Source: an uncultured archaeon
Lineage (GTDB): Archaea; Asgardarchaeota; Thorarchaeia; Thorarchaeales; CAZPUN01
DNA length: 30,269 nucleotides
NCBI GenBank assembly: GCA_964589775.1
Contig: CAZPUN010000060.1
Coordinates: 1 to 30,269, forward strand
Reading direction: 5' to 3'
The position numbers and the translations under genes were made by a program. Under the pieces are notes generated by a model. It had not been told where the DNA came from, searched no databases, and was given only the letters and a program-made list of their open reading frames with translations. Shown here one piece after another: positions 25,953 through 30,269 of this stretch. How positions within the stretch are numbered: position 1 is the stretch's first letter; each line of letters begins with the position of its first letter.

Positions 25953-28154
25953 ATGAGTATCGCAAAATACCTCGACCCAATAACCAAGAAAAAAGTCATT
26001 CGATCTTCAATTGCATCATCTATAATTGCAGTTATTATTGTTTCCACAGTTGTAATAACAATGTATCCTCAGATGATCAGTCTTCCCCAGTTTGAACGAA
26101 ACTCCAATTATATACAAATAAATCACAATGTGCCAAACGCATTTGCGGAATTCATTCCATATTCCGTAAATATAACGCCAAATGCACCACAATATACGGT
26201 GGCAGAAGACCTATCTAATGTAATAGGTGTGAACCTATACAATTTGGACTCCGGAACAATCAGTATGATCGCGAAGAATTACTTTGCAGTAAAGTTGAGT
26301 AATTTCAATGATTCTGCCCAGATATATCAGGATAACTACGACAAAGGATATCCGACCTATATTACAGTGGATTCAATAATCCATGCATATCATGTACTAT
26401 ATGACTATTCCTTGCGTGTATTCGAGTTCTATAACAGTACAATGTTGATTCAGAATTTAACAGAGAAAATGGTAGAACAATCTCTCTGGCTGAGCAATCA
26501 ATTTACTAATGAAACACTTAAAGAATTGGCATTAAGGGATGCTGCCTTCTTTGCTGTCGCAATGAAACTATTCAATCCCGATTGGGAGATTCCCGCTCAG
26601 ATCAAGAGTATTGTTGAGGCTCAAGTCGCATTAATTGAGGAGCACAATGGACTTCTTCCGTCTCCAATATTTGGATACATTGAGGATTACAGCCAGTACG
26701 TTCCAAGAGGACATTACACAAGAACTGAAGCACTAATGAATTATTTCAAGGGCATGATGTGGTACGGCAGAATGCATTTCGATCTTCGACCCGGTGAATT
26801 TTACACGGAAATCAAAGCAGGTCAGAATATGACATTAATGGCTATCATGATAACACACCTTATGGAAACGAACCAAGTCCTCGGTGTAGACTGCATGGAC
26901 ATCTGGAATTTGCTAAGCAATGTCATTGATTTCTTTGTTGGTACATCAGACGATCTGACACTAACTGAATACAGTGAGATCATGCACAAAGTATATGGCA
27001 ATATTGAATTATCTGACTTTGAAGACACTGCAAAACTCAATGAATTCATAAAGACTGCTCTAACATATCGCTCGCCGAAAATTTGCTCATACAGTGTTGG
27101 CGAGGGAACTACCGAAAATGAGACTAAAGGCTTCAGATTCTTTGGACAGAGATACATTCCGGATTCATACATGTTCCAGCAACTTGTATATGATAACGTA
27201 GGATCGCGTACTACTCCTAGAATATTTCCGAAGGGCTTAGACATTCTATCTGTATTGGGCTCCGTAAGAGCTGAGCAGATTTTGAACACCACAGAACTCA
27301 AGTATGACAACTATTTCCAGCAGATTCTCAAGTTGCGCGATGAAATCAAGAATCTCAACGAAACAACATGGGTTTCCAATCTATATTGGTTATGGATATA
27401 TTCGCTTATTCCAATGTTCGACGGGTCTCGTGAAGGCTATCCTTCATTCGCACAATCTGCTGCATGGGCCGACCGCGAATTAGTAACCGCTCTTGGTTCA
27501 TGGACTGAACTTAGGCACGACACGATTCTCTATGCAAAACAGAGCTATGGCAGATTTACATCTCCTGGCGGTGAAGTAATAGGATACGTTGATCCTTATC
27601 CAGAGGTATATGGACGCCTTGCAGCCCTCGTAGATATGACCATTCGTGGCCTTGAATCCCGAAATATCATGTATTCAGAAATTAGTCAGCGACTATCATT
27701 GATGAAACAGACCTTACTACGCTTGCAAGAGATTTCCATTAAGGAACTTCTTGGTCAATCATTAAACAGTTCAGACTTCACATTCATAGCTAATATCGGA
27801 ACCACTCTGAGCTACCTTACAGACATGAGCAATGTACTCCCAGATATTACATCTGAGGTTGATGCACAACAAGTCCTTGTTGCAGATGTTCATACGGATA
27901 CTTTAACTTACAAGTGTCTTGAAGAAGCAATCGGAAAGCCAAGCTTGATCTATGTTGTTGTGCCAATAAATGGTAAGCTCTATCTCGCAAGGGGTGCAAC
28001 CTTTACATACTATGAATTCACATGGCCAATAAATGACAGACTAACGGATGAAGCATGGTACGGTATGGTTGTCAGTGGAAACACACCCGGACTTCCATGG
28101 TGGACTAGTTCATACATTGCTGAATCGGTAAATCTATTTGAGCCTGCACCATGA
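25953..28154 (+). CDS. DUF3160 family protein with N-terminal membrane anchor
   Basis: GGAGG + ATG start; TM SSIIAVIIVSTVVITMY. Family motifs EDYSQYVPRGHYT, YFKGMMWYGR, GFRFFGQRYIPDS, LGSWTELRHDTILYAKQ, VADVHTD and YYEF...RLTDEAW. Confidence 0.85.
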   Translation: MSIAKYLDPITKKKVIRSSIASSIIAVIIVSTVVITMYPQMISLPQFERNSNYIQINHNVPNAFAEFIPYSVNITPNAPQYTVAEDLSNVIGVNLYNLDSGTISMIAKNYFAVKLSNFNDSAQIYQDNYDKGYPTYITVDSIIHAYHVLYDYSLRVFEFYNSTMLIQNLTEKMVEQSLWLSNQFTNETLKELALRDAAFFAVAMKLFNPDWEIPAQIKSIVEAQVALIEEHNGLLPSPIFGYIEDYSQYVPRGHYTRTEALMNYFKGMMWYGRMHFDLRPGEFYTEIKAGQNMTLMAIMITHLMETNQVLGVDCMDIWNLLSNVIDFFVGTSDDLTLTEYSEIMHKVYGNIELSDFEDTAKLNEFIKTALTYRSPKICSYSVGEGTTENETKGFRFFGQRYIPDSYMFQQLVYDNVGSRTTPRIFPKGLDILSVLGSVRAEQILNTTELKYDNYFQQILKLRDEIKNLNETTWVSNLYWLWIYSLIPMFDGSREGYPSFAQSAAWADRELVTALGSWTELRHDTILYAKQSYGRFTSPGGEVIGYVDPYPEVYGRLAALVDMTIRGLESRNIMYSEISQRLSLMKQTLLRLQEISIKELLGQSLNSSDFTFIANIGTTLSYLTDMSNVLPDITSEVDAQQVLVADVHTDTLTYKCLEEAIGKPSLIYVVVPINGKLYLARGATFTYYEFTWPINDRLTDEAWYGMVVSGNTPGLPWWTSSYIAESVNLFEPAP

Positions 28155-28190
28155 GTTTAGTCTCTCTCCCCTTTTTTATTTCAAATTTTA
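28155..28190 (+). terminator. Pyrimidine/U-tract terminator
   Basis: TCTCTCTCCCCTTTTTTATTT after TGA. Confidence 0.45.
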
Positions 28191-28223
28191 AGAAAAACTA
28201 TTTGAGTGCAAAGGTGTATTATA

Positions 28224-28685
28224 ATGATAGTGAGAACATTGGAGCACGATGAGGAAAAAGAAATCGAAGCAAACCTAACTGGAAAAACACTTCAGGTCTA
28301 TTGGTATCTTCTTAGTGAAAATAGAGAAGTAGGCGTTCGAGAAGTACAGCGCGCACTAAAAATGTCAAGCCCAAGCGTAGCAAGCCATCACCTCAACAAA
28401 TTGGTTAATCTCGGTTTGGTCGAAAAATCTGATAGAAACATGTATTTTCTATCCAATATGGTTAAAGTAGGGGTATTGAAACAATTTGTAAGAATCCGCG
28501 GATTGCTTCTGCCTTCGTACGTATTTGTCTCAGTCTTCTTCATGACTTTTCTCATCGCCTATGCGATTTATTCGCTCATGAGACCTGTTACAATTGTAGA
28601 TCGAATCCTATTGCTTACCGCATGTGGTGTTGGGCTTCTGTTTTCCGCAATTGAAACATATCGCCTATGGACGATGATTAAATGA
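28224..28685 (+). CDS. Membrane-tethered winged-helix (ArsR-like) transcription factor, 2 C-terminal TM
   Basis: LTGKTLQVYWYLL...GVREVQRALKMSSPSVASHHLNKLVNLGLV wHTH, then two hydrophobic helices. ATG 28224 follows AGGTG. Confidence 0.85.
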   Translation: MIVRTLEHDEEKEIEANLTGKTLQVYWYLLSENREVGVREVQRALKMSSPSVASHHLNKLVNLGLVEKSDRNMYFLSNMVKVGVLKQFVRIRGLLLPSYVFVSVFFMTFLIAYAIYSLMRPVTIVDRILLLTACGVGLLFSAIETYRLWTMIK

Positions 28686-28732
28686 TTAATTCCTTCCTTT
28701 TTTTATAAGATATCTCGATATTTCAAAATTTT

Positions 28733-29224
28733 TTATAATTCCTTTTCATAAAACTGGATGTTCTCTCCATTATGCATTTTTACATCATATAGTCTATATC
28801 CGAGATTTTCATAAAACTTACCAAGATACGGTACGCTCTCATATGTCTCAAGAGTCATTTTCTTCGCTCCAAGCTCCTTCGCAATTCGCTCTATAAATGC
28901 CATAATTTCTTTTCCGAGACCTTTCCCTCGATGCTCCGCATCAATGCCAAACCGCGCAAGAATAATCTCAGAATCCTTCTTCTTAAGACGAAATGTTCCA
29001 ATAATCTTGCCTTCCTTCTCAATCACAAAAATGAGTGGCTTGTTCATCTTTATTTTGTCCTCGAGATCTAATATTGTTTCTTTTAAGGCTCCAGGGTCTC
29101 TAGATAAATACTTGCGTGTATCTCCGTATGCATCTTGAATTAACGCAAAAATATCCGGGGCGTCCTCAAGAGCTGCTAAGCGTATAGTCAATTTTCCTGT
29201 CTTTGATTCGATCTCCAATTTCAA
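28733..29224 (-). CDS. GNAT family N-acetyltransferase
   Basis: IRLAALED, FGIDAEHRGKGLG (acetyl-CoA motif A), FYENLGY. Confidence 0.92.
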   Translation of the reverse strand: MKLEIESKTGKLTIRLAALEDAPDIFALIQDAYGDTRKYLSRDPGALKETILDLEDKIKMNKPLIFVIEKEGKIIGTFRLKKKDSEIILARFGIDAEHRGKGLGKEIMAFIERIAKELGAKKMTLETYESVPYLGKFYENLGYRLYDVKMHNGENIQFYEKEL

Positions 29225-29417
29225 TCACGCCCAAACATTCTAAATATATTTTTAGAGTGAATGCTTTTCAAATTTTTTAATTGGTATTTTTTAATAATTT
29301 ATTAACTGTTAATTTTTCCTTGCATTGTATTTTTGTATGCGTACACGTTTAATTTTTTATATTAAAATTGAATACTAAAGTCAAAAAAATTATATTTCAA
29401 AAGAATAATTGATAATT

Positions 29418-30269
29418 ATGGGCGAATCAAAAAAGCGTGAGGCGCTTGAAAAGTTATTTAAAAAATTATTAGAAGAAAAATTAGAAGAATCAAAAGAAAA
29501 TAATAATAATTTTAATATTTTATTTTTTAACAACGATGATCTAAATGAAATAGCAAATTGTATTGGAGTTAAAAATAAGTTTGATATAGTAAAAGTGGAT
29601 TCTTCACAATTGTTACCAGAAATATTAAGAGAAAAACAATTTTTTATTATTCACCTAGGAAAGGGAAAGCATGCTTTTGTTTCATTTAGTAATTGCAATT
29701 TCTCCGGATATGTGAATTTCCCTGATGTCTTATCTAAAGATAAGTTCTATTATAAATTAAAACCAACACTATTATCTAAAATAAGTAAAAGTGAATCACA
29801 AATGATTTCTGATTTATATAATTTAGGTATCTTCAGTGACTTTATTTTTGGTAGTAAGTCAAATAAATTATTAATGAGCTGCTCTAGAAGAGCAAAAATT
29901 CCAAAATTTTCATTCTATATTTGCCAAAAGAAGTTCAAAATTGAAAATTTGCAAGTAGAAATTGATGCTATTTTAGAGACTACTGAAGCGGATATTAAAG
30001 ATCGAACAATTTACATAGTTGAAGCTAAAAGATCTGCAAATGAAGATTTTGAAGTTAGGCAGATTTTTTCAAATTATTTATATTTTGAATATTTGAAAAA
30101 TGAAAGGATATTACCACCAAATATGGAAATTCATATTCTAATTGTTCGATTAGACACTTCCGAAAATTCAAATATTCTAAGAGTTTTGATATATGAATAC
30201 AAATTCAAAAATCCCTTACACATGGAATCAATAGATATTGTTAAAAAGAAAGAATATCAAATTGAATTT
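29418..30269 (+). CDS. PD-(D/E)xK restriction-endonuclease-like protein, 3'-truncated (not in ORF track)
   Basis: Hand translation gives 284 stop-free codons from ATG 29418: MGESKKREALEKLF...KFDIVKVDSSQLLPEILREKQFFIIHLGKG...SKSESQMI...LQVEIDAILE...IYIVEAKRSANEDFEVRQIF...YEYKFKNPLHMESIDIVKKKEYQIEF. Catalytic-like E-I-D...E-A-K...RQ. Confidence 0.75.
   Translation, partial: MGESKKREALEKLFKKLLEEKLEESKENNNNFNILFFNNDDLNEIANCIGVKNKFDIVKVDSSQLLPEILREKQFFIIHLGKGKHAFVSFSNCNFSGYVNFPDVLSKDKFYYKLKPTLLSKISKSESQMISDLYNLGIFSDFIFGSKSNKLLMSCSRRAKIPKFSFYICQKKFKIENLQVEIDAILETTEADIKDRTIYIVEAKRSANEDFEVRQIFSNYLYFEYLKNERILPPNMEIHILIVRLDTSENSNILRVLIYEYKFKNPLHMESIDIVKKKEYQIEF

Noticed and set aside
154-29138. Remaining short ORFs in the track (e.g. 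154-351, 3641-4291, 7738-8040, 14744-15130, 26822-27310, 28944-29138)
   Set aside because: All lie within longer, motif-supported genes on the opposite strand or in another frame, and have no recognisable motifs.

Overview
AT-rich archaeal genomic window. An Asgard-like origin is inferred from archaeal-type ValRS, BRE/TATA promoters, U-tract terminators and longin-/V4R-like domains. Left to right: 3' part of a membrane-anchored FG-GAP/integrin-like propeller protein; valS; an RCK K+-channel-like protein with a non-canonical filter; a motif-eroded YyaL/SPATA20 homolog; a ~1437-codon beta-helix + DxDxDG-repeat surface glycoprotein interrupted by one in-frame TAG; a minus-strand trio of two 12-TM MFS-like proteins with C-terminal longin-like domains plus a CxC/HxxH + V4R/Bet3-like protein; PadR (three palindromic operators) with a heterodimeric ABC exporter bearing a Met-rich repeat tail; nikMNQO/cbiMNQO with a NikR-type box; ltaE; a DUF3160 protein preceded by repeated TGTTC-N8-GAACA boxes and followed by a membrane-tethered HTH regulator; a GNAT; and a PD-(D/E)xK restriction-like ORF, absent from the ORF track, that runs off the right end. 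The best candidate for an undescribed system is the MFS-longin/MFS-longin/V4R-like trio (13337-17142). No rRNA, tRNA, CRISPR array or transposase was recognised. All family calls come from motif recognition by eye, not from database searches.
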